Assembly: GCF_021869535.1 (NCBI RefSeq)
Contig: NW_026262690.1
Location: 47,554,001-47,618,000 of the forward strand
Length of the DNA stretch: 64,000 bases
Origin: Mytilus californianus
Taxonomy: Eukaryota
Reading direction: 5' to 3'
Part shown: one piece after another, positions 1-12,846 of the stretch
Numbering within the stretch: position 1 is the stretch's first letter
Layout: the number at the start of each line of letters is the position of its first letter
Notes under the pieces: model-generated
Told to the model about the DNA's origin: nothing
Database searches by the model: none
What the model saw: only the letters and a program-made list of their open reading frames with translations
Position numbers and translations under genes: made by a program

Positions 1-1783
1 CCGAATGGATTGAGGCTGTGAGGTCGTTGATACAAATCAGAATTAAGAAACTAAATGGGTCTATCAATACCCACGCTACGTCAATTTTTAAAGACCCAAA
101 TGTTGCAAAACACTTGTCCTACCTCCATAACAAATATGTTGTTGTCCCCGCAGATAAAGCCCCAAACAACATCGTTTTTGTGTGTAAATATCATTACATA
201 AACTGCTTTATAAATGAATTAGGTATTGACAATTCATTTGGAAACTCAACATATACCCCCACGACACTTACCAAAGAGGAAATCCTGGATAATCATAGGT
301 CTGTTCTATGTTCCTTTGGAATTTCAACCAAAGATGAAGATCTGGATCTTCCATCACTGTATTGGATACCTAAACTACATAAGTGTCCTTTACAAACAAT
401 GGTATATTGATGGGTCTTCCAAGTGCTCCACGAAACCTCTTTCTAAATTATTAACATCTATTTTATCAGCAATCAAAGCCGGGCTCCAAAGTTATTGTGA
501 AACTGCCTATTCTAGAGGTGGCGTGAATCAGATGTTGATACTAAAAAATTCCAAAGATCTTTTAGAGTACATACAATCGAAGAATATCCCATCTTGCAAT
601 AGTATTAAAACATTTGACTTTTCTACACTTTGCACAAGTATTCCCCATTCCAAACTTAAAGACAAATTGAAAGAGTTGGTATTACTTTGTTTCATTAAAA
701 AGAATGGCGAACGTAGATACAAGTATCTTGTCTTGGGGAGGGATAAATCCTACTTTGTAAAGAATCACTCTGATTCAAACAAAAAATTCTCTGAAACTGA
801 CATTATCAAGATGCTTGATTTCTTCATTGACAACATATTTGTTCCGTTTGGAGGACGTATTTTTCAACAGACTGTCGGAATTCCAATGGAAACCAATTGT
901 GCCCCTCTTCTTGCCGACTTGTTTCTTTATTATTATGAGGCCGACTTCATACAGGAACTTCTAAGGAAGAAAGATAAGAAGTTAGCAATATCCTTTAACT
1001 TTACGTTCCGCTATATAGATGATGTTCTCTCAATAAATAATACAAAATTTGGTGACTATGTTGAACGAATCTATCCCATCGAACTAGAGATAAAGGATAC
1101 TACAGATACAGTTAAGTCTGCCTCATATCTTGACTTACATCTAGAAATTGACAATGAGGGTCGGTTGAAAACAAAACTTTACGACAAAAGAGATGATTTC
1201 AGCTTCCCAATTGTGAACTTTCCATTTCTATGTAGCAACATTCCAGCAGCGCCTGCATACGGAGTATATATCTCCCAGTTGATACGATATTCCCGGGCTT
1301 GTATTTCCTATCATGATTTCCTTGATAGAGGATTGCTGCTCACAAGGAAGCTATTAAACCAAGAGTTCCAAATGGTGAAGTTGAAATCATCCCTTCGTAA
1401 ATTTTACGGACGCCATCACGAGTTGGTTGACCGTTATGGAATAACCGTTTCACAGATGATATCAGATATGTTCCTTATGTCGTAACTTCAATACCCTCCC
1501 CTTTTCACGAATGTGACCTACCGAATTAGACTATTTACCGAATTTGTAATAACATAAGCAACACGACGGGTGCCACATGTGGAGCAGGATCTGCTTACCA
1601 TTCCGGAGCACCTGAGATCACCCCAGTTTTTGGTGGGGTTCGTGTTGCTTAGTCTTTAGTTTTCTATGTTGTGTCATCTGTACTATTATTTGTCTGTTTG
1701 TCTTTTTATTTTTGGCCTTGGCGTTGTCAGTTTGTTTTCGATCTGTGAGTTTGACTGTCCCTCTGGTATCTTTCGTCCCTCTT
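1..1783 (+). mobile_element. Penelope-like element, Naiad-type (family 1, Cys-type), 5' end outside window; 3' UTR 1486-1783
   Basis: RT motifs PADKAPNN, LYWIPKLHK, FDFSTL, QQTVGIPM-TNCAPLLADLFL, FRYIDD, YDKRDDF, YGVYISQL. ORF ends soon after the RT with no C-terminal GIY-YIG. The 3' UTR recurs as solo copies elsewhere in the window. Confidence 0.85.
18..1485 (+). pseudogene. Naiad-type reverse transcriptase ORF with a frameshift near 388-390
   Basis: ORFs 18..410 and 226..1485 join into one RT if one extra T in tgtcctttacaaa is removed (KCP-YKQ). YIDD is intact, but PMG is PME and TLY is TLC. Confidence 0.85.
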
Positions 1784-2960
1784 GAGACACAGACACCTCA
1801 TATCAGTCAACTAATTTGTGATGGTTACCGTACAACTTGTGTAGTGTCTATATCAGTCGTTTTCCTCATAACTCTGTAGGAGCAGTTTTTGTGTAAGGAG
1901 CATATCCATGTTCATTAAGTCCGTATAGTGTTAACATGCGCGAGCGTAACGATTAACTAAGATATGTTAACGCCAAATGATATCACACATTTATCATGGA
2001 TTCTAGTTTGAAGTCGCCCATCTGTGTCAATATGACGGAAAAGATCAAGGTATGAAGCAGACCTTCTAGTATCGATAATCTCCTTAATCTATAGTTCATT
2101 TGGATATATGAGATACAGGCACTCATTGAAATTTTGGTAATTGAGTGACAGGACATTATCAATATATCTGAAAGTGAAAATTAAAGAACTTTGCAAAATG
2201 ATTTTTCTTTTTGTACTTGAAATATTCTGGGTGAATTCTGCTTCTTATGAATGCAAAAACAAGTCGGTCGTTAAAGGTGCACAATAAGAATCTATTTGAA
2301 TACTGACTTTCTGTTTAAATATAAATCCAACAAACTATAATAAAATATGTTGTCGATCAAGAAGTCCAACGTTTTAATGATATCATCTTCGTTGTATTTT
2401 TTGTAGAGATGAGTGTACGATTCCCATTTGGTTAGAAAGAGGTCTTTGGATCTTTCAATTGAGCATGGAAAATAGTTATGTAAAGCGTAGAAAAAAATCA
2501 AAAGTTTTGATATATCTTCAAAATAATAAATATTCTAATTAAAGATTTTGGTGTAGATCTTTAGACTTTTTAAGAATGCATATCTGATTGACACCGCTGG
2601 TTGAATATACCTTCATCTTTAACTTAAGAAAAAATGGTGGTAAGAACTTCAGAAAAAATGTTTTGTCGAGCATCTTAGCGACGTGGCTATATATATATAT
2701 ATATCGTTCTTTATAAAGATTTTTGTGAAGTTTATTTATCCAGAATAAAGACGGAAGATGTTCATTGTCCTTTCTAATGTCAATATCAAAGGAGAGAAGG
2801 AAGTATTTGTGATTTTCTAAAAACTCCTCTTTCGTGAATGATGTAGGGGTATATGTGGGATTCCTAGTTTGGCTGTGAGTTCCAAGTTCTTTAGTTATAC
2901 GTTCTAAAATAAAATATAATACAGAAGCAGATTGGTAAATTTATCTTGTCAATCCCTAAG
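1784..2960 (-). mobile_element. Highly degenerate Naiad-type RT copy
   Basis: Minus-strand fragments LPSLFWINKLHKNLYKERYI, TLDFLIDNIF, SASYLDL and KLYGNHHKLVD match the RT at 18-1485; many stops and indels. Confidence 0.7.
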
Positions 2961-3294
2961 ACATCACCATTTTCATAAACCATAGGTGTTTGTAAATTTT
3001 CTAATCCTAAGATTTGGAGCAAAATTTATAGTTCCAAATGAAATTCAGGTTCTTACACTTTAACGTAAAGTATTTGATACTTGTCTTGACAAAATATCTT
3101 ATACGTATTTGACTTTAAGACATCTTTCCATACATGTATCCATAAATTCCTTTCATATATAATTCAGTATATTCTATGAATAAAAAAATATATGTACATG
3201 TATTAGATTAATATCAAAGCATCTGGCATTTAATTGATTAAATCATCGGTTTCTACATATTTATACATCCTTGGATTTAAGATTTTTAAGTCTT

Positions 3295-3365
3295 AGCGTT
3301 CCTGATTAAGTTTAATTCAGAAGAGCTCCTGGGTCGCACAAAATTAATAAAATGTTATTTCAATT
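3295..3365 (+). repeat. Degenerate copy of the hammerhead-bearing repeat found at 47.9 kb
   Basis: tagcgttcctgattaagtttaattcagaagagctcctgggtcgca aligns with gagcgttcctgatgaaggtaaatccagaaaagcgcttcggacgca; core mutated. Confidence 0.55.
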
Positions 3366-3989
3366 TCTGTTAATTTCAAACCATTATATGACGTGATCGA
3401 ATGTAAAAGTTTGAAATGAAACTAAGAAAATTTGTTACTCCTTTACATAAAGTATTGGATACGAATTTCAATTCTTTTCCATTTTCCGACAAATTTCATA
3501 TATATTTGATTTTCAGACACATTGCGTTAAAATTATTTAAAATGTCCTTCAATTGTCAAACAATGAGTGTTGATAATTTGATAATGAATATAAGTGTTAC
3601 AGTACTAGTTACCAATCAAAGCAACTAAGATTCAATGGTTAAGGCAATGCGGCACCAAATGCATGCGTACAGTGACTTTTTTAAACAATGAAAGTATTAT
3701 GACTTACAATTTGAAGTTAATAAATTTAGCTAATGTTTTGATTTCGACCTTCAAACAAATGTAAGTTTAGTGTGACTTTAATCACTCATATGGTTCACTA
3801 CGTTTCAGAAAATATTCTATTGTTATGAATAAATATTTAAATGTAAAATACACGAAAGACTAGAAGAGTACTGAACGGATTGTGTTCCACATAATCTTAA
3901 TATTTATAAATGCTTTGCACACAATGTAGATCTAACTCCTCTTTATTGTGATAGTAAAGCAGTAAAGAAAAGACATACAAACCAGTTGG

Positions 3990-4080
3990 ACCACAGGGGC
4001 TTGTTTAGTGGTCATATATAGGATAGCGACCGCTATTGACAGTAAATCCTCATCTTACCCACTAAACAAGACCCTGTGGT
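3990..4080. repeat. Short foldback: 22-bp inverted repeat (1 mismatch) around a 47-bp spacer
   Basis: accacaggggcttgtttagtgg (3990-4011) and ccactaaacaagaccctgtggt (4059-4080). Confidence 0.75.
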
Positions 4081-4699
4081 TGGACAGTAGTATGATTTTA
4101 TATCAGCAGGTTCAATCTTTGAGCTGGCATTCGGTTACTACGAGCATTCTTTGGTTCAGTAATTTGTTTGCGATTGTTTGATTTGTTCTTGTGTTTTTGA
4201 TACATATTTTACCGTTACTTTAATATAAAATGCTCTATCTAATTGTGTGTCCTTTAATCTCCCTATTGTAGTCCACTGATCGAGATTAAAAGAGGACGAT
4301 ATCTCATTAAACACTTTTAACACTGTCGCATATTCATTTGTCTGTCCCAAGTCAGAATACTTGTTCGTGTTTGTCTTAGTATATCTTGATGCGTTTTCTA
4401 TCCTCATGGGGACTTTGACGTTAAAGGCAGATCTTCCATAGTCTCTGTTCTTTTTTTTCCCCACTAATTTCTAGACTTTCGGCGAATTAGAGCTTCACAA
4501 AATGTATAAACACTTGTCTTTTGTTTAAGACCACATGTTGATCTCTAGATGACTTTTTATTAAGTTGTTAGGTTGCTGTCACATTAACATTTACCTCATC
4601 TCGCCCTGTTTAAACCAAAGTGTTGACTGGGGTAACCGTATAGAAATATGTTCACCTGGATGTTTCCACTTCCGACAGTAAAACGTACTAAAATAATAA

Positions 4700-4880
4700 A
4701 TCAGGCCGTTGGTTTTCTGTTTTAATTGTCAAGTTGGGACCTTTTATAGCTTATTATACGGTTATATGGGTTTTGCTCATTGTTAAAGGTGGTGAGATAA
4801 CCTATAATAGTTGCTTACATCAACGTCCTTTGGTCCTCTGGTCGATAGTTGTCTCATTGGCAACACATCTCGTTATTTTT
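4700..4880 (-). repeat. Abundant interspersed repeat (atgattgccaatgagacaact family); other copies near 9060-9200, 20615-20670, 22300-22470, 31120-31240, 38270-38560, 41540-41660, 52890-53150, 53770-53910
   Basis: The shared motifs gattgccaatgagacaact and aacaatgagcaaaacccataccg recur in both orientations. Class not determined. Confidence 0.7.
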
Positions 4881-5009
4881 ATAAAGGGGGTGCCTGTTTG
4901 GCTGCGCGGGATGTATAAATACTCAACCACGTGTTTGCGTGTTTCTTCACTGTTCATTATGTTGCTGTGTGAAATTTATTCATAGAAGTAGTGTGGTCGA
5001 TCTATTAAC

Positions 5010-5240
5010 TCATCAAAGTTGTCCGAATTATAATTTGGTATTCCATACAAGCTTATCAGTGACGCCCGAATCAAACAGCGGATAGGCCAAGTCAAATACA
5101 AAGCTGAAGAGAATTGAAATATTAAACAGCAAATTTACAGAAAATGACCGTGATATTTCTTGTCAGCACAAAAGTGCTGATTACTTGGTTTGTGTCATCA
5201 ACCCAGTTGTAGTAAACTCATCAATGAAACCAGAGTGTAA
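5010..5240 (-). repeat. Degenerate copy of the retrozyme-like repeat found at 56.1-56.6 kb
   Basis: atcagtgacgcccgaatcaaa...caaatttacagaaaatgac...caacccagttgtagtaaactcatc aligns with 56160-56470. Confidence 0.6.
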
Positions 5241-5941
5241 AATATATTAGACTGTATTAAAAACAGAAGGCACTAAAAAGTACGATTTTAATACCATCAT
5301 AGTTTAATAAGCTGGTTTGTAGTAGCTTCGAGTATGTTTTATATAATACATGTATATTATATTTAGTTGTGTTTTTTTTTACTTGCAAAAGGGCAATTTT
5401 GAGTTAAATGCTTTTTAATCTAGTCATTCTTATTATGGAGATTTATTTTTTAGTTTTGATATTCCAAAGATTGAGATAATCAAGTTTAATTCCGCCATGT
5501 ACAAACTAAGGAACTTTGTCAATAGTTTCCATTGTTTTACTGTTTTTACTCAGTTGGGGATTTGGTGTCAATATTTGATCTCAGGTATAATTCACTTGTC
5601 CTAGACTGGTTTCAATTAAGAGCTCGACATGTCATATGGCCTTTTGCCTGTAATTGAATGTTGTATTATTTGTTTGTTTAAATCTGTTGTAAGGTTGCTT
5701 TCTCATGAAGATACCATTATTTATCATTCTATTAATACCAATAATGTCTATATCTTAAATCCAAATTGGATTTGGTTTCAATGATGAAAAAAATAATTTA
5801 GATACTAGAGTTGCATGCATGTTTTTATTCTAATGTAATACTTGACAGCGCAGATCAATCTATTCTTTCTTTGTGCGAGCGACAGAAAATCCTTCACACA
5901 ATTGACGGTGCACTAATTCACCATCTTAGAAATGTTCCATT

Positions 5942-6046
5942 CTACTTGGCACACATCATTTTCAGAAACTCTGAAAACAGAATATATGAAATAATTTCAG
6001 AAATAAAAATTACATAACAGGGATTCCCTCTATTAAAAGTTGGCAC

Positions 6047-6135
<89 letters not shown>

Positions 6136-9100
6136 CTGTCGGATTTATAGAGAGAAACATTCATAATCATGACCAACACGACGGGTGCCACATGTAGAGC
6201 AGGATCTGCTTACCCTTCCGGAGCACCATCGTGTTGCTCAGTATTTACTTTCGTTTTCTATGTGGTGTTTTATGTACAGTTGTTTGTCTGTTGGTCATTT
6301 TTTTGCCATGGCGTTGTCAGTTTATTTTCGACTTATGAGTTTGAATGTCCCTTTGGTATCTTTCGCCTCTCTTAATTGTTATATTTCTGAAGTGTGAGAA
6401 CACATTTATTAATAGCAAGTCTTTTAATGCTAGATGAATTAAATCTCTGCTACATATGATCTATTACTTTATTATATTTACCGTCATAGTTTAGTCTATT
6501 ATCACCGTCAATATCGAAGTCTTTCATAACCTGTTTGACCTCAGACTCTGACAATGAATCATCACCTATATCTTTTAAAATACGAATTAATTCTTCTAAT
6601 TCAATATATCCATTACCATCCTTGTCGAAAACGTTGAAGGCATGTTGTAGTTCGGCCTCCTCGTCGGGATGTTGGTCGATGAAAGATGTGGCATAATATG
6701 TTGTAAACTCATCTATATCAATATTACCAGACCCTGCAATAAGTAGGTTCTTCGTGTGTATTCTGTTTTATATCCAAAACCACTACATTTTTGTTTTGTA
6801 TTTGTATTTTGTTATTTTTAATCAGTTATTATAATACCATGTTAATTGCCTTTGGTTTTTTATGTTATTGCCATTACTTCTCATATGTTATTGCCATTAC
6901 TTCTCATATGTTATTGCCATTACTTCTCATATGTTATTGCCATTACTTCTCATATGTTATTGCCATTACTTCTCAAAGGTGTTTATGTCTGAAACTGATA
7001 TCCAGATTTTCATATTTCCAGCTTTTATTTAAAGGACAACATTGTGGCAAATAAAATTGTTGTAAATATGTGTATGTAAATAACCAGGCTAATCTTATTT
7101 TATTTAACGTTCTAATCTAGATAGGGTTATGTTTATGTTTTACTAACATGATGAATAAAAGGGGATGTATAAGTTCGCCAATGGATAGCAATCTAACCAA
7201 CACAAATAACCAAATGACAACTAGAGGTCAAAAATCACCTTTCGGCAATAGCTAAAAGAGCTTATCAAAGTTAAAGTGTTTTGAGGCATATTCGGTAATA
7301 ATTTTTATATGAATATTCAAGGATAACCAAGAGTTTAAAGTGGTTAAGGATGTACTTAGGTGAAAAATTTATATTATAAGTCAGAAGAGCATTAGTTAAG
7401 GAACAAAACAAGCTAAAAATATTGATAGGTTATGGAGCTCCTTTTCGAGATATTTAATTTTTTTTAAATTGCGGGAAAAGGCTGACTCGGACTTTTACCT
7501 TATATTAGCGTTGGTATTATTAGGGTATTAAATCGAAAGAAAAGAAATCTAGACTCTGCTTAAATTTTGGTAAATGACCTGTTATGAGCTATTGAAGTCT
7601 TATATGAAAAGAAAAATGAGTGTTATGGGGCAAAATATTTTACCCTGTATCGTAGGGAAAAAAACAAGGAGTCCAAACATTTGATGGTTTTTGTATTTGT
7701 TCACATCTTAGGGTTACAGAAGAAACTCGTCAATGTATTTTGACAAGATTAACACGCAGGTATCTCTAGAGGGGCAGGATCTCCTAACTGACCCTTCCGA
7801 GGCACATGATATCACCCTCCAGTGTTTGGTTGTATTCTTGTTGCTCAGTCGTGAGGTTTCGATAAGTGTTTTTCGAAATTGTTTATCTTTTCGTCGTCTT
7901 TTCGGTGTTTTATTTTGCCATGGCGTTGTCATGTTCTCTTTGACTTGTGAGCTTTTAATGTCCCCTTGGTATCCTCCGCCTCATATAATCGATAGTTCGA
8001 TACATTGGATGCACCATTAGAGTGTATATAATGCCTTTTCTGTATTTGTCGATTATTTTACTGCATGTTGGTTATACTTATATACCTTATAGACATATCT
8101 CCACCCATTAATATATGAAGATATTGAGATAAAAACCCATTAAATTTGTATGTAAAAGATAATTACCATCTTTGTCAACTTCAGCAAACATTTGTTTTAA
8201 TTCTTCTTCCGTTGGATTTTCTCCTAGTCCACGTACAATTTTAGCAAGTTCGTCTAAACTAACCTTTCCAGATTTATCGACATCAAATAGATTGAAAAGT
8301 TCTTTAATCTCTGAAAAAATATTTTTATATATTTTTTTGAAAACTCGTGTTTTATAGCATATGTCTAAAGCTAACTCTGTTCAATGCGTTTATTTTAGAC
8401 TTTCATGATCTTTATTTCAAAACGTTTTATGAGTTAGTTTAACGTTTGATACTAAATATCAAATGTGAAGTGCATGTCAATATCGATATGTATATGTTAA
8501 ATACGACAACAACAAATTACAAACATAGTTTGAACAAGGTATTAGTAAGTCTTCAATAAAATTGTGAATTCAAACGGGGAATGCGTCAAATAGACAACAA
8601 CCCGACCAAAGAGCAGAAAACAGCCCAAGGCCACCAATGGGTCTTTAATACAGCGAGAAAATCTCGCACCCGGAGGGGGCTTCAGCTGGCCCCTTAACAA
8701 TAATGTAAACTAGTTCAGCGAAAATGGACGTCACATTAAACTCCGAAACATATAAATGAACAAAAATTAAAAAAAAAACATACAAGACTAACAAAGGCCA
8801 GAGGTTCCTGAATTGGGACAGGTGCAAAAATGCGGCGGGGTTTGCGTTTTGTTTTGTGAGATCTCAACACTCCCCCTATACCTCTAGTCGTATATTTACA
8901 AAAAGTTTGGATTGAAGTGTTATGAAAAGAAATAATCTGTTTAACAGCCGATTGTTTAATAAATATTCTTGATCACAAATAGCAGCTTCAGAATAAAGTA
9001 TTTCAAAATGGATCATACTTGAAAAATTGTCTTTTGTATTGTTTCACATTTTATCTTTCAGGGGCCTTTATAACTTAGTATACAGTATGGGTTTTGCTCA

Positions 9101-11063
9101 TTGTTGGAGGTCGTATGGTGATCGTAGTTTCTTACGCCCACGTCATTTGGTCTTGTGGATAAGTGTCTCATTGGCAATCATACCACATCTTCTTATTTTT
9201 TTAATGATTCTTAAATTCTTACTGCTTAAAAAGGTTTTCTTTCTTGAATTATTCAACTTATCATGCCTGGCCTTTATAGCTTACTATAAGGTCTGTATTT
9301 TGATCATGGTTGACGTTTGTACAGTGCCCTACACAATGTATTTGTTAACATCTATGTCATTTGAACTCTGTATAGTTGTCTTATGTACAATCATAACACA
9401 TCCCCTTATTTTTTATAACCAATCCATTTGTCACATCCTTTCAACTGACAAAACGTCCGACCGGAATGTGGACGTTAATTCCGTTTAGGGTGAGTGCCAC
9501 GATCTCTTGCATTTAAAAAACCCTTGCAGCAACTAAGGGTTTCGTATAGATGGTTTGTCGTTATGCATGCTATATTTGCTACTGGACGTTTAACAAGTAA
9601 CAAATAGCAATCTGCCGAAGGACTTATCAAACAGCTTTATAAATGTAAATTTCATTAATTTTTTACTCATTAAGTTATGTAAACAACGAGGAATGGAATT
9701 ATTGACAATTAATCCCTAGACATTGTGCTAAGAGGGATAAACACATGTAATAGTGTATTGAAAAATAGTATAATTGAAAAGACATCAATTTAGTTCATCA
9801 TTACATTTAAGTTGTTAAACATTAAGGACTGCATGTACAAACTATTAATACTAGGTTGGTATTGGTATTGGTATTTTTCTATTGTACATTTATACTTGAA
9901 TACATGCATTACCTTCCTTTCGTTCTTCGGAAAGTCTGTCTGCCTGTGGAGAACAAAATAAAGAAGATATTGATAATATTGAAAATGCAGTGAGTCTGTA
10001 ATAAATAAACGTTACATTAAAATAGATACAAAATTGTAGAATAATTACTGCCCATTTAGTCATTGTCCAAATCATATTTTCATTTCAAAATGTTTTTTCG
10101 TAAATGTTATGAGTATTCGATGGTCATTGACTCAATATACAAATGAGTCAGATATCTACGCAGTATTGTTAAGTTCTTATATGTGTAACTTTTTCAATTA
10201 CAGTCAATACTAAATTTTGAAAATTGTACACATTTGAAAAAGGTAGCAAAACAACAATTTGGAAACACTACAGTCAAACAGTTTAAAGTTATCTCTGGTT
10301 TTAGGTCACACAGTTCAGTACGTAATCATTAAGAACATGGCCAACTGATCCTGAATTTATTTCACATTAGGGCCATTTTTAAAGCGTTATTCATATTAAC
10401 ATACAATATTTTCAGTATCATAGCTTCATATATACTGTGTATTTTGAGGTGGTAGCATTATTGTAGCAAATAATTCTAATCAAATTGGCGCTAGTGGCCG
10501 TCCGTAACATGCAATGAGGTACAAGATTTTACTCCGTGTTTCAGCCCTCACTATGACTGTGTAATAAAGAACAATGATAAAAGCGCTGTTCCTTTTCTTT
10601 GCGTTTTGTCGAGTGCATGTAGAAATTATTATCAAACGAAATCCATTCTTTTCCAATGTCGTATTTTTCAATACTGTTATTTTGAGATGAACAACAGCAA
10701 TAAAAGCGCAGTTCCTTTGCTATTGTTTTCTTTTTGTAGTTATTTGTGTCCTGATTTGATACACGATATTCTTTCTTTTCAGAATGTTACCAATTTTAAA
10801 ATGCTTAGCGATAAACTTGTACTACAATTTGAGTCATTATCCAAATTATGAATATGGAGTGAATTCTTGACTAGAAATCAAAATTCTGAATGACAGGATA
10901 ATGATAAGGCGTTTTGCCTGATATTTCCTCAAATACCTGCAGCACAAAGGTGGCTGTACACGAATGTAAATCGTTATATAGTCAACATATATTTCAATAC
11001 AGGCCAGTTAAAAATTGTTTTAAAATAAATAAACAAGTTTGTATTACGATTTTATCTTACCAT
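5942..11063 (-). CDS. Calmodulin-like EF-hand protein A (152 aa); exons complement(11061-11063, 9913-9943, 8167-8310, 6482-6733, 5942-5970)
   Basis: All junctions GT-AG and in frame; exon sizes 3/31/144/252/29. Protein MADRLSEERKEEIKELFNLFDVDKSGKVSLDE...DKDGSGNIDIDE...DKDGNGYIELEE...DIDGDNRLNYDEFLKMMCAK*. The ATG exon (ATG|gtaag) is the least certain part. Confidence 0.9.
6049..6133. repeat. (AG)n microsatellite, about 42 units
   Basis: Perfect AG run in the last intron of gene A. Confidence 0.98.
6168..6373 (+). mobile_element. Solo 3' UTR fragment of Naiad family 1; similar copies near 7760-7983 (+), 28830-29010 (+), 39400-39540 (-), 53280-53365 (+)
   Basis: aacacgacgggtgccacatgt...ggtatctttcgcctctctt matches 1560-1783. 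Confidence 0.8.
6862..6975. repeat. 23-bp minisatellite, about 5 copies (atgttattgccattacttctcat)
   Basis: Direct tandem copies in intron 3 of gene A. Confidence 0.95.
8570..8885 (-). mobile_element. Solo 3'-terminal fragment of the SECIS-bearing Naiad family (lacks the SECIS); another copy near 35920-36380 (+)
   Basis: gggaatgcgtcaaatagacaacaacccgacc...cctctag matches 60680-60987. Confidence 0.8.
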
Positions 11064-11339
11064 ATTACAGTTCTTCTAGATCAAGTCGAGAATATTTGTG
11101 TTTGTTTTTAATTCAAACAAAGTAAAAATTACCTAAACAATTAATGACTGAACCTTGGCGCCCTTACGCTTTACTGCCTGGGTAAGTACAAACAAGTTGA
11201 TTTATTTTTCTTAAATTGCGAATGAATATTTCTAAATTATGTTTTTTTTTCTGCAAAGTAACGCACAACATTTAAGCGAACCTATTGTAATGCTTACAAA
11301 ATTCCCCTAGATAATATAATAAAATATGTCTTAAAACAT

Positions 11340-11510
11340 GTGGTGCGTTCACAGCGCTTTACTGGATTCACTCAGTTTTAACCAGGAACACTCGAAACTA
11401 AAAATTTGAAAGCCAGGAATTTATAAATAAGTGAGGAGCTATAACATGACAAAATGAAACATAAAAAGAATAGCCAAATTCATATATGGTCAACTTTGAT
11501 TGATTGACTG
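11340..11510 (-). repeat. Degenerate partial copy of the 47.9 kb hammerhead-bearing repeat
   Basis: tgcgttcacagcgctttactggatt...caggaacactc...atagccaaattcatatatggtcaacttt aligns with 47932-48085. Confidence 0.6.
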
Positions 11511-12340
11511 ACTTGGACCTAAGTTTCTAAATAATATTGTAAGGGACCTGGGGTAAGTTTTAAATAAATATATTAACGCCGCTATGGATCAATTGTTTGT
11601 CTGTAACAGAGAAATATCTGCCCAGTCACAGAACAACTGCCCATCCACAGAACAACTGCCCAATCGTATAATCTTAATCTTGCAGATTTTTAGTGCACCA
11701 GCACTCAGGTGATCATCAAACAAAAGATCAGTACCAGTCAGGACGACAGTCTTTACTCATATGGAACTTGTAAGTTGAATAACCAGTTACTTAAATACAT
11801 AAATGAAGCATAAACCAAGGGTCAAATATATATTGATACATATAATCAGTTACTGTAAAATACAGCAATCAAATAAATTCTTCTCTATGTGTATAATTGC
11901 ACACCCCTGGGTAAACCTGGTGTTAAGTATATGTAGTTTCGGGCACCTAGTTCCTTATATATAATTGTGATGGCGTATCCAAATACCAAACAATTAGCTC
12001 ATCCAAATAACTACTATTTCAAGTCAGGCCGAAGTTATGGTTTATCTTTGGTAGAAATCTTAATTAATGGTCCCTTGCTATTATCCTTGGTTCATAGGTG
12101 GATGTGATGGGGAATAACTGCATATTTAGAATAAATACTACTCTGGGCCAAATAGTGGAAAAGGTAGGAACTGGTATCCGTTTCTTATCCTTATTTCCCA
12201 TTTAAATTCTGTACGTTCATGTGCTGAGTATAAAATGGTATAAAAAAATATAATAAATATTCATACCTTTACTGTGTTGATTTCTTTTTGCAAATATTAT
12301 TTATATTTGGTAATTTGAAGTTACCCGCCACTGCAGTTAT

Positions 12341-12480
12341 TCGCCATATTACTTACTTACTTATGGTTTTTTAACGATCTTGACTGGTATAAAGCCCTCG
12401 CACGGTCGCCATATTGATGATGATGGAAGTTTTTAACGACCTTGACTGGCTATACAGCCCTCGCACAGTCGGCTCGTGCC
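12341..12480 (-). repeat. Two tandem short elements with microsatellite tails, each preceded on + by TCGCCATATT
   Basis: TCGCCATATT at 12341 and 12406, followed by (ACTT)n and (GAT)n respectively, then near-identical ttttaacga-cttgactgg-tata-agccctcgcac. Confidence 0.6.
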
Positions 12481-12846
12481 CGGAGGCGATTGTTGAGCAT
12501 TAAATATTTTTGTGCAGTTGGTCAGGAACAGGTGGAAGGCGCCATTTTGGTAGGCGGCCATCTTGGTTTACGTGAGTTGTTTTGGTTTGTTTTTTTTTAC
12601 TATTTTGATGTTTCTTTGCAGTATGGACTCCACAACGGCTGCTTTCATGGCCAGCATTCATATTGTGTGACTGAATAGCAAATAATAACATTTTCTGTCT
12701 ACAGTAACAATAACATTGTTTTTCGCTTCATGCATATATAGTAAGACGCTTCATCCATACAACACCAGCTATGCACGCATAGATATCTGAAATATATATA
12801 TATATAATCATTTTAATCTTAGAATGCTTTAAACTGTAAAATATAT

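Noticed and set aside
5942-6160. 72-aa ORF with an SLSLSL run
   Set aside because: It is the translation of the (AG)n microsatellite; only its last codons are the real final exon of gene A.
6862-6975. CRISPR-like array
   Set aside because: The repeats have no spacers, the context is eukaryotic, and no cas genes are present.
8172-8357. Track ORFs 8172..8357, 28012..28314 and 37229..37438 (+) as genes
   Set aside because: They are antisense shadows of calmodulin-like exons.
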